Position numbers and translations under genes: made by a program
NCBI GenBank assembly: GCA_027488375.1
Contig: JAIYBW010000010.1
Span: forward strand, 113-64,112
From: Pseudomonadota bacterium
GTDB lineage: Bacteria; Bdellovibrionota; Bacteriovoracia; Bacteriovoracales; Bacteriovoracaceae
Length of the DNA stretch: 64,000 nt
Direction of reading: 5' to 3'
Shown: in pieces, positions 20,541 to 30,467 of the stretch
Position numbering within the stretch: position 1 is the first letter of the stretch
Layout: each line of letters opens with the position of its first letter
The notes under the pieces: model-generated
Told to the model about the DNA's origin: nothing
The model's database searches: none
What the model saw: the letters and a program-made list of their open reading frames with translations, nothing else

Positions 20541-20928
20541 AGCCTTTCGTAATTATAGGCATGATATCTTAGGAAAATTTAAAGATATTTCTCTTGTAAT
20601 AAATTCTTTTGATGAAGATTCATTTTCTGATCCAGAAAAGTATGAAATGTTTCATGCCATTCATGAAGTCATAATAAAAATGGTCAAAACATCTAGAAAC
20701 ACTATCGCACAGCAATTGAGGCAGGAGATTAGACTGAATGTATCTGATCATCAACCGGACCTAAATCTTCCAAAAATACAAATAGAGGGAGTGACTGTGA
20801 GATATAGCGGAGATAGTTCAAAAATGCAGTACTTCTACTATAAATCAGAAAACAAAGGCGATTTTGATCTAAATCTGGTGATTTTAAAAAGTTTCCTCCC
20901 ATTTAATTCAACTCTTATTGAGGGTTAG
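20527..20928 (+). CDS. Small protein with an N-terminal HisKA/DHp-like H-box
   Basis: FRNYRHDILGKF resembles a kinase H-box; no HATPase domain; overlaps the end of the regulator gene. Confidence 0.55.
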   Translation: MNSTEAFRNYRHDILGKFKDISLVINSFDEDSFSDPEKYEMFHAIHEVIIKMVKTSRNTIAQQLRQEIRLNVSDHQPDLNLPKIQIEGVTVRYSGDSSKMQYFYYKSENKGDFDLNLVILKSFLPFNSTLIEG

Positions 20929-23411
20929 TATAAGTTTTTTGGGTTTTTATCAATAACTTTTGTTATCCATGGCATTTTCTGAATATGATGAGCTTCAAAT
21001 GCAGTAGAGATAATTATTTTCTTAAAACCTAAATTATAGATTTTCTCAGACTCAATTTCACCCCTTAAATCATCTCCGATTTTTGAGTCGACTACAATGA
21101 TGGAATCATGTGGGTGGATCGCTGAATTTATCAAAAAGGATTCTACGCTAAAATAAGTTGTAAGCTTCTCGTTTTTTGTCTTAAAGTGATTTCTCCAAAG
21201 GATATGATTTAATTTATCATCATCAATAAGTATTACTTCTTTGGAATTTATTAAAACAACAACATTGCTAATTTGAGATTTTGGCAACAAGCGAATGCCT
21301 AAGTCTCGACATTTTGATCTCACTAATTCCTCAAAACCTTTTGCTGTGACAAGGATACTAGAATCTATTGAATTCAAACTTTTAATTACGGAAAGACCAT
21401 CCTTCTTCTTTTCTCCAAGTTCGAGGTCACAAAGGAGAAGGGTCTGTGGAGGTAGCATAGAAAAAGTTTGTAGTAAATTATCTGGATCAAAAAAATATTT
21501 AATATCACCATCAAAGGAATCAAGCTTCTCTGCCCATAAATTGTGGAATAAAGGATCATCATCAAGAATGATTACAGAATGAATATTTTCTAAATTAATC
21601 TCTAAGGTATCTAAAGATGAATTCTTTTGTTTAAGAAGTTTTATACTAAACGTAGTTCCTGATCCAAGGCATGAGGTACAATCAATTTCGCCACCCCAAT
21701 TTAAAATCTTTTCACGAGCATGATAAAGACCAAGTCCATGGCCTTTTTGTTTTGTCGAAAACCCCTTTGAGAAAATTTTGTTTAAATTGCCAGCTGAAAT
21801 ACCAAGCCCTTCATCAGCAACAAGGAAGTTAAAATAATTCTCAGTTTCATTAATCGTAATCATTATTTTGGGATGTTCTTGCCTTGAGGCTTCAACACCA
21901 TTATTAATTAGATTTGATATAATTGTTTTTAAATCAGTAGACACAACTTTAACCATCGATTGACTATGCTGTGAGCTATTATCATTAAAAATAAAATCAA
22001 CATTAGGAAATTCAATGCTTTTTTGAGCTAAAATCTTCTTAAACAGTAGCGAAGGTTGAATTATGTCAAACTCAAGATTTTTGTTGTTAGATAACAAATA
22101 ATTACTCAATAGATTCTTAGATATTTCTTCAATTCTTTCAATCCCCATTTGAATTCTCTCACGTGATTCTGATGGCAGATATCCCAAATCTTTAGTGATA
22201 CTTTTCAAAACTTCTATCGGAGAACGAATATCATGGGCAAGTTGAGTTGCTTGTTCGGCCAGAGCTTGTTGGGACTTAATTCTTTCCCAGATATTTTTCT
22301 CCGAACTAAAGAACTTGATGGAGAAATAAACGGATATAATAATCAGATTAAATTTTAGAGTGAATTGACCTGTTACAATATTGTGAAATATTAAAGTATC
22401 CCAAATCTGCATTAAAGCATAAAGAGATATAAATAAGAAATCTCCCCACTTTCTAGACTTTGCAAAATAGTACATAGCAAAGAGATGTGGAAGTAAGTAA
22501 AGAATAAAAAGATTTTTAACTAGCACATATGTATATTGATAATTCTCAGATATATTTTGATCCTTACTAAACAGAATCTTTATCAGTTGAATAACAGGTA
22601 GGGAGAGCATAATAAAATAAGGCACATAAAGAATTCTATTCTTCTTATCTAAAACACCTTGGTAGCAAACAAAAAGAGCAAATACTTCAAGAAAACGAAG
22701 AAAGAAATGGATATTAGTTGCGATATCAATTCGAATTACCTCTAAAGGTATTTGAGTAATGGACAACATATATAGGGATGACGACAAACAGAAAAAAATG
22801 ATCTTTAACCCCAAATCACCTTGGTTGACATTCAAAAAGATTGCATAGATGAAAATAAGTAAAGCCACGATCACAAGCGAAAAAAATGAAAATAAAGGAA
22901 GAAGAATTTTTTTAAAAAGGATGAAGTTTTTTTCACGCATGCCAGAGTTCTTATCAAAAATTGATATGGGATCCAGTCTAATCCCTATCTGATTTGTTTG
23001 CGGTGAATAAACGTTTATAATCAATTCATTACTATCTTTTATGTTTCTAAGATCAGTTGAAAAGGGATAGTGCCTTAAATATTTAAAATTAGTGCCTACA
23101 TCTCCATGCTTAGCAATTAAAGCGCCATTGAGGTAAATACTTGCGGAGTCTGCAATTTCTCCAATAATAAGAACGCATTCCTCGTTATGGCAAAATTCAG
23201 GCCGTAAAAAATTTGTTTTGTATACGATGTTATTTTCTCCCCTTCTCGATGATCCGGGCAACTGAACATTCTCACATTTTTTTTTATCACTACATTCAAC
23301 CCATTTTTTAAGTTTAAATTCTCTTGTAGTACCAGCGGAATAGATAAATAAAAATGCTGAAAGAATCGCAAGAAAAAAAGGTATTATCAGATAAAATAAG
23401 CGTGATCTCAC
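20925..23411 (-). CDS. Membrane-bound hybrid sensor histidine kinase (7TM-DISM-like, HisKA, HATPase, two receiver-like domains)
   Basis: Periplasmic domain plus about 7 TMs, LAHDIRSP H-box, NLINNGVEA, DEGLG, KGFSTK, GHGLGL; C-terminal ILDDD and LIDDD receiver starts. Confidence 0.9.
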   Translation of the reverse strand: MRSRLFYLIIPFFLAILSAFLFIYSAGTTREFKLKKWVECSDKKKCENVQLPGSSRRGENNIVYKTNFLRPEFCHNEECVLIIGEIADSASIYLNGALIAKHGDVGTNFKYLRHYPFSTDLRNIKDSNELIINVYSPQTNQIGIRLDPISIFDKNSGMREKNFILFKKILLPLFSFFSLVIVALLIFIYAIFLNVNQGDLGLKIIFFCLSSSLYMLSITQIPLEVIRIDIATNIHFFLRFLEVFALFVCYQGVLDKKNRILYVPYFIMLSLPVIQLIKILFSKDQNISENYQYTYVLVKNLFILYLLPHLFAMYYFAKSRKWGDFLFISLYALMQIWDTLIFHNIVTGQFTLKFNLIIISVYFSIKFFSSEKNIWERIKSQQALAEQATQLAHDIRSPIEVLKSITKDLGYLPSESRERIQMGIERIEEISKNLLSNYLLSNNKNLEFDIIQPSLLFKKILAQKSIEFPNVDFIFNDNSSQHSQSMVKVVSTDLKTIISNLINNGVEASRQEHPKIMITINETENYFNFLVADEGLGISAGNLNKIFSKGFSTKQKGHGLGLYHAREKILNWGGEIDCTSCLGSGTTFSIKLLKQKNSSLDTLEINLENIHSVIILDDDPLFHNLWAEKLDSFDGDIKYFFDPDNLLQTFSMLPPQTLLLCDLELGEKKKDGLSVIKSLNSIDSSILVTAKGFEELVRSKCRDLGIRLLPKSQISNVVVLINSKEVILIDDDKLNHILWRNHFKTKNEKLTTYFSVESFLINSAIHPHDSIIVVDSKIGDDLRGEIESEKIYNLGFKKIIISTAFEAHHIQKMPWITKVIDKNPKNLY

Positions 23412-23816
23412 ATTAAACCTTACCTTGCCATAGATTAAAAAAATATCTTACACTAACTCAAATTATTTTTAAAGATCACATCGCTACTGTATATTCATGC
23501 ATTAGTGAATAACCATTTTCTGGATTTCGAAAAAGTTTATAGCTCAGATTCCTTTGGAGATAGAATAATTTTAAATTTGAATAAAGGAGGCGTATTTTGA
23601 GAAAATCTCAGTCTCGGATTTATTCATTTCATACCAATTTCATGATTTTCTGCCTATTTAGATAATTTATTGTTTGCATACTTCAGATTCTTCAGCCTAG
23701 CCTCCCTCTTTCTTTTGTTTTAATTTTGAAAACATGAATTCTCACATATGAAACATTTTTGTTTTCTAAGGTCTTACCCAGCATGAGTTTTCATATGTTT
23801 AGAGCTTAGTATTCTT

Positions 23817-23832
23817 TGGCATTGATCTTGAT
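23817..23832 (+). promoter_or_regulatory. Possible sigma54 -24/-12 promoter
   Basis: TGGCATTGATCTTGAT, i.e. GG-N10-GA (consensus GG-N10-GC), upstream of ATG 23867 and next to an NtrC-type system. Confidence 0.35.
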
Positions 23833-23866
23833 AAGTGAAGGCTACACAGATCATAGGAGGTCTATC

Positions 23867-24283
23867 ATGAAATCTTTATTAACATCTTTATTTTTATTTT
23901 CACTCATCACTTGTCAAGCGATGGCCGGACAAGCTGACCTAGAAAAAACATGTCTTCAAGATGTAGATGATGAATTCAAATCTTCAATTTCAGTAAAGTT
24001 AGTCATTAATCCGGAGACAGGGACAACAACATCGATTAAATCTCTAACTATTTTTACTGAGGATAAGTTTTGCTTAGACTCTCTTAATAGAGATGATGTG
24101 TCTTATGATTTACCAGCTTCTCCAAATGATATTTATACAAATTTAAAATGCTTCAAGAATCTTAAAGCTGATAATCATTTCTATCTTGTAAACGAGTGGG
24201 TTAATTATAATACAGGCCTGATTGTTCATTTAGAGTATATGAATGAATTTGACTCAGAAGATGCTTGCCGTTCAAATCTATAA
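23867..24283 (+). CDS. Secreted hypothetical protein
   Basis: AGGAGG RBS then MKSLLTSLFLFSLITCQAMA signal peptide. Confidence 0.75.
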   Translation: MKSLLTSLFLFSLITCQAMAGQADLEKTCLQDVDDEFKSSISVKLVINPETGTTTSIKSLTIFTEDKFCLDSLNRDDVSYDLPASPNDIYTNLKCFKNLKADNHFYLVNEWVNYNTGLIVHLEYMNEFDSEDACRSNL

Positions 24284-24290
24284 GTTTCTT

Positions 24291-24318
24291 TGGCCATCGG
24301 CTTTAAAATCGGTGGCCA
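24291..24318. terminator. Hairpin between convergent genes
   Basis: TGGCCATCG...CGGTGGCCA stem with T-rich flanks. Confidence 0.6.
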
Positions 24319-24330
24319 TTTACTTTACTT

Positions 24331-25500
24331 TTAACAATCCTCTGAGCACACACAAACAGCTGAAGCTCCACCCTTTAGATCCTTACCTCTGGAAAAATCT
24401 CTCATAAGCTCTGTTAAGTTATTTAGAGCTTTATCGGTGCGTAAGTTGTAGTAGATAGATTTACAAACTTTTAGGTGAACAGCTCCAGGGTTCATAAATG
24501 CCCTTACTTCCTTCGTTTGTAAATATCGCTCAGGTTCAATCTCTGGAATAATAGATAAGATTTCCGTTTGATGATTTTTCAATTCTTTTAGAGTAGGGTA
24601 GCGCCAATTTTTCCCGAATGCTTCGCAGCCGACTTGAGAATCTGATACCGTTCCACTCGATTTTTGAGCAAAACATTTATTATAGTCCTCACCACCAATC
24701 TCAGTTGGTACTTCTGATGCCAGCTGGGATAAGTCCGATGTCCCAAACTTAGATCTATCAGTCGTCAAAACTGCTATTTTTAAACCAGAAGATAGTGATT
24801 GCGGGAGACCTTTTCGCTTATTTTCTTTTACTAATGCCGTTTTCATTAAAGCATTTAAAAAATTAGGTTTACCACTAATAAAGTATTGGATCCCTGATTC
24901 AAAACATTCTGTTTTTGAAGACATGCTTCGACAATTTCTCCACTCAAAATCCTCAAAATTGTAAGCCCATGTTTGGGAGAAATTTTTTGTTCTTCCTCCA
25001 CTCAATGTTTCATCTAATTCTCGGAGGACAGCATCCACCGTTTCTTTTCCCAAAACTAAATATTTTATAGCGTACTCTGCATCTCTTACTTTAATTTTAG
25101 CTTCAGTAATATAATTTTTTAGAGATTCTGCAGCAGATGGATCCTTAATGGTTAGATCTTTGACTACTTTTTCACGGTTTGCGACTTCTCGTTGATGTTT
25201 TTTCAATACTGATTGTGATTCTTTAAGTACTGATTCATAATTCTCAAACTTAACATCTTTCCTTCTCCATATCTTTTCTTGTAGATACGATTTCAATTCT
25301 CGCTCATGACCAATATTGATCTGCGCTGTACAGCGAGAAAAGTTTTCGTAGCAGAGCTTTAAAATTATTTCTTTTTTCTCGTTGAGATTTATTGAATAAG
25401 GATGAGTGCCACTAAAACGATAGTCAGCAAAAGCTGAGAGAGAAAGTGATGAAAGGATAAGTGCAGTCTTTAGACCCATAAGAAGTACTCCCAAATTCAA
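24331..25500 (-). CDS. Secreted coiled-coil protein with a C-terminal DUF1566/Lcl-like motif
   Basis: Signal peptide (start may be the second Met); CEAFGKNWRYPTLKEL resembles the C...WRLPT..EL motif. Confidence 0.6.
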   Translation of the reverse strand: MNLGVLLMGLKTALILSSLSLSAFADYRFSGTHPYSINLNEKKEIILKLCYENFSRCTAQINIGHERELKSYLQEKIWRRKDVKFENYESVLKESQSVLKKHQREVANREKVVKDLTIKDPSAAESLKNYITEAKIKVRDAEYAIKYLVLGKETVDAVLRELDETLSGGRTKNFSQTWAYNFEDFEWRNCRSMSSKTECFESGIQYFISGKPNFLNALMKTALVKENKRKGLPQSLSSGLKIAVLTTDRSKFGTSDLSQLASEVPTEIGGEDYNKCFAQKSSGTVSDSQVGCEAFGKNWRYPTLKELKNHQTEILSIIPEIEPERYLQTKEVRAFMNPGAVHLKVCKSIYYNLRTDKALNNLTELMRDFSRGKDLKGGASAVCVCSEDC

Positions 25501-25570
25501 TTTTGGAAGTACTCTAACATCTGTTAACCAAGACTGATGAAACTATGTAAAGATTACAAGTTTTCTGGAT

Positions 25571-27586
25571 TTAAAACTGGTAAGTACCACCCAAGTAAAC
25601 ATTTCTCCCCATGGCCCAAGCAATCCCATCTGACCTCACTCGAGAATAATACTGTCGGTCGAGCAAGTTATTGATACCACCATTTAAGAGCCAGTTTTCT
25701 TTTAATTTATAGTCCATAGTGGCGTCAAAAACGACATAAGACGGGATTTCAAAGTTATCTGTATTTCCGTCATCCCCGAAATGGCGACTAACCATGACAC
25801 CCATCAGGGCAGCTTTAATTTTATTTTCTTTGTTATAGATAATGCCAGTTCTTGTCAGCGTATTAGGAGCATACTGAGGAGTTTTATCTTTTAATGTCCC
25901 CTGAGTGAATTTTGCATTAAGGATTTCGACATTACCAAAGAGATTGAAATCTCCTATACCTTTCAGCTCAGCAGAAAGATCGAGACCCTTGCTCTCACCA
26001 GCTCCAGTATTTTGATAAACATTTCCGACCTGTCCAAATTTATTTTCATAGCGAATAAAAAAGACAGATGCATCCCAATTGAGTTTCTGACTTTGACCTC
26101 GGTAACCCAGTTCGTAGGTAATAATTTTTGAAGGATCAATATCTTCAGAAATGGCCGTTGTAGTAACCGGTACAGATTCTGCATAGGTTACTGGCTTATA
26201 GGCCTCAGAGATGTTGGCATAAATTTGTGACTCATCAGAAAGGTGATAAGAGGATCCTATACCAAATAAAGGAACATTAACCGTGTTATCCTCGTACCTA
26301 AGATCGGTAGCTGGATTTCTCTTTCTTTCATCAATAGTCTGACGAATATTCTCGACTCGAACACCGGGAGTAATAAGAAAATTACCAAAGCCAAATCTAT
26401 TCTCTACATAGATTGAATTTGTACGAGTGACTCTTTCAAATCGTTTAGTTACCTCTCCATGATTGGAATCTACAGCCTCACCAGACTCGCCAACATAGGG
26501 TGATAAGAGATTATAATTTAAATAACCGGCTGAAAGAGTATTTGAACCGTAGTTTTTTAGATAACGAAGATCGACATTATATCCATAATAATTTTGAGTT
26601 ACTATTGTATTAGTTGATCCAGTAGGGAAAGTGCCAAAGCCGCCACCATCCTGAGTTTTTGAATACCGTCTATAGGCCGTGCCCCACAAACTCAAGCTAA
26701 GTTGAGAAGTGGCATCTATTTTTCTTTCTAAAACACCAGCTAGTTGAGCTCGTGAAACTTTCAACCGGTCATGCTTTCGACTGGCGCGTCGCTGATCATC
26801 ACCATAGGGGTTTGTTCCCAATGATTCGTTTTTACTAAAGCCACCAGGATTCCCATGATCTGAGTTGTAACCATTAAAAGAAATTTTTAAAACAGTATCA
26901 TCTAAATAGTAATGCTGTCTTGCTTGCAAATAATCAGCATAGAAATCTGCATTTTGTCGCTGAATTCCATCACCCTGACGTCGATGATACTCAACTCCGT
27001 AGCTTCTATTATCCTTATGTCCATAGATCGCATTATTCGTTGTTAATAAATTATATGATCCACCACTAAAACCCACTTTGCCTGAAGTGGGTTGATTTTT
27101 CTGTATCGGATTGGAGATATAATTAAGGGCACCACCGGGCTGAGGGCCATAAAGAAGAGAGGCACCACCTCGTATGAATTGAACCCTGTCCATCATGGGA
27201 AGCGCAGGGGAGAAGTAGTGGGCCGGATAACCATACATATCGGCCGCAACAGGAATCCCATCTTGGAGCATGAGAATATTATATGACTCATGAGGATCTC
27301 CCAAACCACGATAGGTCAGGGCCGCAAGAGATTCGTTGGGAACTTCAGAAATAAGTAAACCCGGAGTTTGAGATGTGGCCTGACGATAATTATTGGTCTG
27401 AAGTTGAGGTATTTCTTTTAAAGAAGTAACTGTATTTTTCTTCCCAGAGTAAATTTGAGTTTGCTTATTTTCTTCCCAAAATTCTGAGACTCCAGGGGTG
27501 CCGTACTCAATGACTTCAACTTTTTGTAATTCATCCTGGGCCCACAGACTCAATGAAAAAAATAGCGTAAGTATCAGAAATCTCAT
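25571..27586 (-). CDS. TonB-dependent receptor (FecA-like)
   Basis: Signal peptide, plug motifs QDGIPV and RGGASLLYGPQPGGALNY, terminal YLGGTYQF. Confidence 0.9.
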   Translation of the reverse strand: MRFLILTLFFSLSLWAQDELQKVEVIEYGTPGVSEFWEENKQTQIYSGKKNTVTSLKEIPQLQTNNYRQATSQTPGLLISEVPNESLAALTYRGLGDPHESYNILMLQDGIPVAADMYGYPAHYFSPALPMMDRVQFIRGGASLLYGPQPGGALNYISNPIQKNQPTSGKVGFSGGSYNLLTTNNAIYGHKDNRSYGVEYHRRQGDGIQRQNADFYADYLQARQHYYLDDTVLKISFNGYNSDHGNPGGFSKNESLGTNPYGDDQRRASRKHDRLKVSRAQLAGVLERKIDATSQLSLSLWGTAYRRYSKTQDGGGFGTFPTGSTNTIVTQNYYGYNVDLRYLKNYGSNTLSAGYLNYNLLSPYVGESGEAVDSNHGEVTKRFERVTRTNSIYVENRFGFGNFLITPGVRVENIRQTIDERKRNPATDLRYEDNTVNVPLFGIGSSYHLSDESQIYANISEAYKPVTYAESVPVTTTAISEDIDPSKIITYELGYRGQSQKLNWDASVFFIRYENKFGQVGNVYQNTGAGESKGLDLSAELKGIGDFNLFGNVEILNAKFTQGTLKDKTPQYAPNTLTRTGIIYNKENKIKAALMGVMVSRHFGDDGNTDNFEIPSYVVFDATMDYKLKENWLLNGGINNLLDRQYYSRVRSDGIAWAMGRNVYLGGTYQF

Positions 27587-27635
27587 GACGGAACCACCCT
27601 GTTCAGCTTGATATCTTTTTGTTTGATATATTAAA

Positions 27636-27654
27636 CAGGGTGATTATAATTGTC
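27636..27654 (-). promoter_or_regulatory. Possible Fur box
   Basis: GACAATTATAATCACCCTG matches 13/19 of GATAATGATAATCATTATC, overlaps a TATAAT, 50 bp upstream of the TonB receptor. Confidence 0.45.
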
Positions 27655-27787
27655 GAGAAATTTAGATCATTTACCTACAAGCTACTGTTATTGATTGATC
27701 AAAGCCTTTAAGTCGTTTGGATTAGGTGCCTCATACATTTTTGGATTATCTATAAGTTCTCAAAATTTAGTCAAAAGTAGAGAATTC

Positions 27788-27815
27788 TCAAGTAAAAAGG
27801 TCTATTAACCGAAAA
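27788..27815 (+). promoter_or_regulatory. Sigma28/FliA-like promoter
   Basis: TCAAGTAA-N12-ACCGAAAA upstream of 27860. Confidence 0.4.
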
Positions 27816-27859
27816 GGGAGAATTAGTTTTAACCAAATCCAATGATACAGAGGGCGGTT

Positions 27860-28243
27860 ATGAAAAAAATCTCATTGGGCTTCGTTCTAGTTCTAGGCAG
27901 TACGAACGTGATGGCAGCTTGTAATTATCACTACAGTTTAAATTCTCTTCAATATAACTGCCAAATTCAAAAAGTTGGCGGAACAGAAATCGAGCAATTC
28001 GCTGCTGATTGCGACTGTGAGAGGTCTGCCAAGCAACATGCAGATGGGGACGAAGCACCAGTTCATGCTGTGTCTGATTTAACATGTAAGCAGTCTTGGG
28101 TGAACATTAATAATTCTTCTAAACCTGATTCTGACTTTCACCAATTTGTGGTTAAAACCTATCTTAAAAATGTACCGATCACAGCTAATACTGCTTTAAG
28201 AACAAGATATTTAAAAGTTAGAAAATCAAAGTGCTCTAATTGA
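27860..28243 (+). CDS. Secreted Cys-rich hypothetical protein
   Basis: MKKISLGFVLVLGSTNVMA signal peptide; 6 Cys. Confidence 0.7.
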   Translation: MKKISLGFVLVLGSTNVMAACNYHYSLNSLQYNCQIQKVGGTEIEQFAADCDCERSAKQHADGDEAPVHAVSDLTCKQSWVNINNSSKPDSDFHQFVVKTYLKNVPITANTALRTRYLKVRKSKCSN

Positions 28244-28851
28244 AAAAAAATTCTTCCAAGACTTTTATCTTATGCCTGATTACAATTGGGATCTCACTAG
28301 GACTCTACAATTCTCTTGTCATCAATGATGAATCTATCGTGGGTATTGAGAATGTTTCTTTTAATAAAAGACTAGATGAAATTCTGGGCCGGACCGTCGA
28401 AGGTCGAACTCCTGCCTCAGAGGTAATTACTCTTCGTAACCCGGCCCGAGAGCTGATTCCTCATGAAGTTATTTTTGAGAAAAAAATAATAGAAACTGAA
28501 AAGACAAACCCTGAGCCCTTAATTGAAACAGTTCCTCCAAATATAAAAGATAGTCTTAACCTCAAATTATTTCAGATTATTTCAAAGCAGGACCCCCAAG
28601 AAGCTATGACCGAAAATATTCAGGGAAATATTGTGGTCCAAAATGGTGTGATTGAAATTTTAACAGTTACATTTCATGATGGGGAATCCCTCAATCTTGA
28701 GAGTCTTTCTTTAAATGCCAATCGATTTGAATACAACTATGGAGGAGAAGTTTTTTACGGGATGTTTTATCATACGGATGAACATCACTACATCGTCAAG
28801 TTCACAAATGGGCCTTTTGGAAATTATCAACTCATTTTTAAGAAAGAATAA
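28240..28851 (+). CDS. Membrane-anchored hypothetical protein
   Basis: N-terminal TM, RTPAS motif, beta-rich C-terminus; overlaps the upstream stop. Confidence 0.65.
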   Translation: MKKNSSKTFILCLITIGISLGLYNSLVINDESIVGIENVSFNKRLDEILGRTVEGRTPASEVITLRNPARELIPHEVIFEKKIIETEKTNPEPLIETVPPNIKDSLNLKLFQIISKQDPQEAMTENIQGNIVVQNGVIEILTVTFHDGESLNLESLSLNANRFEYNYGGEVFYGMFYHTDEHHYIVKFTNGPFGNYQLIFKKE

Positions 28852-28924
28852 ATATTTATTAATTTATAGTGAACTTTTTAAAAACAGAACAGCATTCAAA
28901 CACTAATAAGCTAAGAATAGGTGA

Positions 28925-28973
28925 TTGGACTTGGACTGGACTTTGGTTGGACTTTATTGGATTTCGTCGGACT
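28925..28973 (+). repeat. Degenerate tandem TTGGAC(T) repeats
   Basis: Six GGA(C/T) cores at 28927, 28933, 28938, 28949, 28959 and 28969, just upstream of hairpin copy B. Confidence 0.6.
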
Positions 28974-29025
28974 TCATCTTCCCTGCTTCTTTACAAGTTA
29001 TGGGAATTAATAATGAATTTTCAAC

Positions 29026-29080
29026 CTAATCGCTGACCTCTAACTCCCAACGTAGTTTGGAATCAGAGGTCAGCGATTAG
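29026..29080. repeat. 55-nt conserved hairpin element, copy B
   Basis: CTAATCGCTGACCTCT-23 nt-AGAGGTCAGCGATTAG perfect 16-bp stem; same length and loop core (ACTCCCAACGT.GTTT.GA) as 3961-4015. Confidence 0.85.
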
Positions 29081-29280
29081 AAGAAAAAAGGATGACCAAA
29101 AATGTGGGAGGGATAGAGAATATGAATAAGTAATTTAAAAATAATAATTGGAAGATAAGAAATAATAAAACAGGAGAGGATAAAAGTATTTGAAGCTATA
29201 GTAATAGGAGTATGGATAAACGTCGAATTAAAAGCTTTGATGAAAAATTTTAAAATGCTCTCACTGCACGATAATTTGTC

Positions 29281-29538
29281 TTATCGTGCAGATTTATAAA
29301 ATCTAATTACCTTTTTGTATTTCCCAGTCATTGTTTTATTACAAGCCGTGATATCTGCAATATAAATCTTGTTTGCCATTAATGTTCCCTCAACATCGTT
29401 ATTTAAAAACATAGCATCAGAAGTAAGTTTGCATTGAGCTAGAGTTTCTGAAACAATCTCGATTTTTACTTCTCTTTCAACTCCGGCCATTGCTGAAAAT
29501 GAAATCAGAGTAAGAAGCCACAGAATATTTTTTTTCAT
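29281..29538 (-). CDS. Small secreted hypothetical protein
   Basis: Signal peptide MKKNILWLLTLISFSAMA; one Cys pair. Confidence 0.7.
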   Translation of the reverse strand: MKKNILWLLTLISFSAMAGVEREVKIEIVSETLAQCKLTSDAMFLNNDVEGTLMANKIYIADITACNKTMTGKYKKVIRFYKSAR

Positions 29539-29559
29539 AATTTTTCCTCGTTTTCTATT

Positions 29560-29961
29560 TTATTTAGTAGCTGTTTTAAAAATGAATGGATTAGATTTTC
29601 TTTTTTTATCATTCCGAGCTTTCTTAGCAAGCTGCTTAGAAACATATTCAAGATCTTTAGTTTTTTCATTTTTTTGAGGTGTTCGACTCATGCTTGAAGA
29701 TTTTAATGGGGTGGCATATCTTGCTTTAACTGTCCTGCCATCGATTACTTGCTGATTAAGCCCCTCAATTGCATTCTTGGCTTCATTTGCATGACTCATT
29801 TCTACGAATGCCATTCCGCGGGATTGATTCGATGTTGGTTCAACAATAATTTTTATATTTTTAATTTGACCGTATCTTTTGAAAAGACTTATCAATCCGG
29901 AGCGATCTCTCTCATAGCTTAGGTTGCTAATGTAAACAGTATTCTTTAATTCGTTGTTCAT
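29560..29961 (-). CDS. RRM (RNP-1) RNA-binding protein with a basic tail
   Basis: RNP-2 VYISNL and RNP-1 RGMAFVEM. Confidence 0.9.
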   Translation of the reverse strand: MNNELKNTVYISNLSYERDRSGLISLFKRYGQIKNIKIIVEPTSNQSRGMAFVEMSHANEAKNAIEGLNQQVIDGRTVKARYATPLKSSSMSRTPQKNEKTKDLEYVSKQLAKKARNDKKRKSNPFIFKTATK

Positions 29962-30112
29962 GAGAGGTCCTTGGTCAAATAAGAGATTAATCCTCCCCTA
30001 GTTAGCACTTTTAACATGATAAATCTAAGACTCTGAAAATATTACAGAAATGACTAATAGAGATTTTACATGCTGGCCTTTCAATGGAGTGCCGTCATGT
30101 TAGCTGATGCAC

Positions 30113-30466
30113 ATGAAAAAACTAATCCTTCTATCCCTATTAGCTTTCACTTCCCTGCCCGTTTTCGCAAATTCAATCGCTTGCAAAAGTGATGATGACA
30201 TTTGGTTTACAAGCTTTAAACTTGATGGGGATATAATCACAGACCTTAAGATACTTAAAAATGGCAATCCCATGGTTTCCAGGGATCAAATTGAAGGGGC
30301 AAGAACAAGAATTTTTAAGACAGAGTACTATGACTTTGATCTAGGCGCTCCAAGATATCTACAGTTTGAAAGAAGAGTTGGTGCCACTAGTTTTGTAGCT
30401 GCCTTTTATTTAAAGAAACATCCTTTCGCGGCAGAGATCGATGTTTTCTGTAAGACATTAGATTAA
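30113..30466 (+). CDS. Secreted hypothetical protein
   Basis: MKKLILLSLLAFTSLPVFA signal peptide. Confidence 0.7.
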   Translation: MKKLILLSLLAFTSLPVFANSIACKSDDDIWFTSFKLDGDIITDLKILKNGNPMVSRDQIEGARTRIFKTEYYDFDLGAPRYLQFERRVGATSFVAAFYLKKHPFAAEIDVFCKTLD

Positions 30467-30467
30467 A

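Noticed and set aside
29057-29280. Stop-free hydrophobic frame after the 29281 gene (readthrough candidate)
   Set aside because: No start codon; the pyrimidine-rich strand lacks stops by composition.
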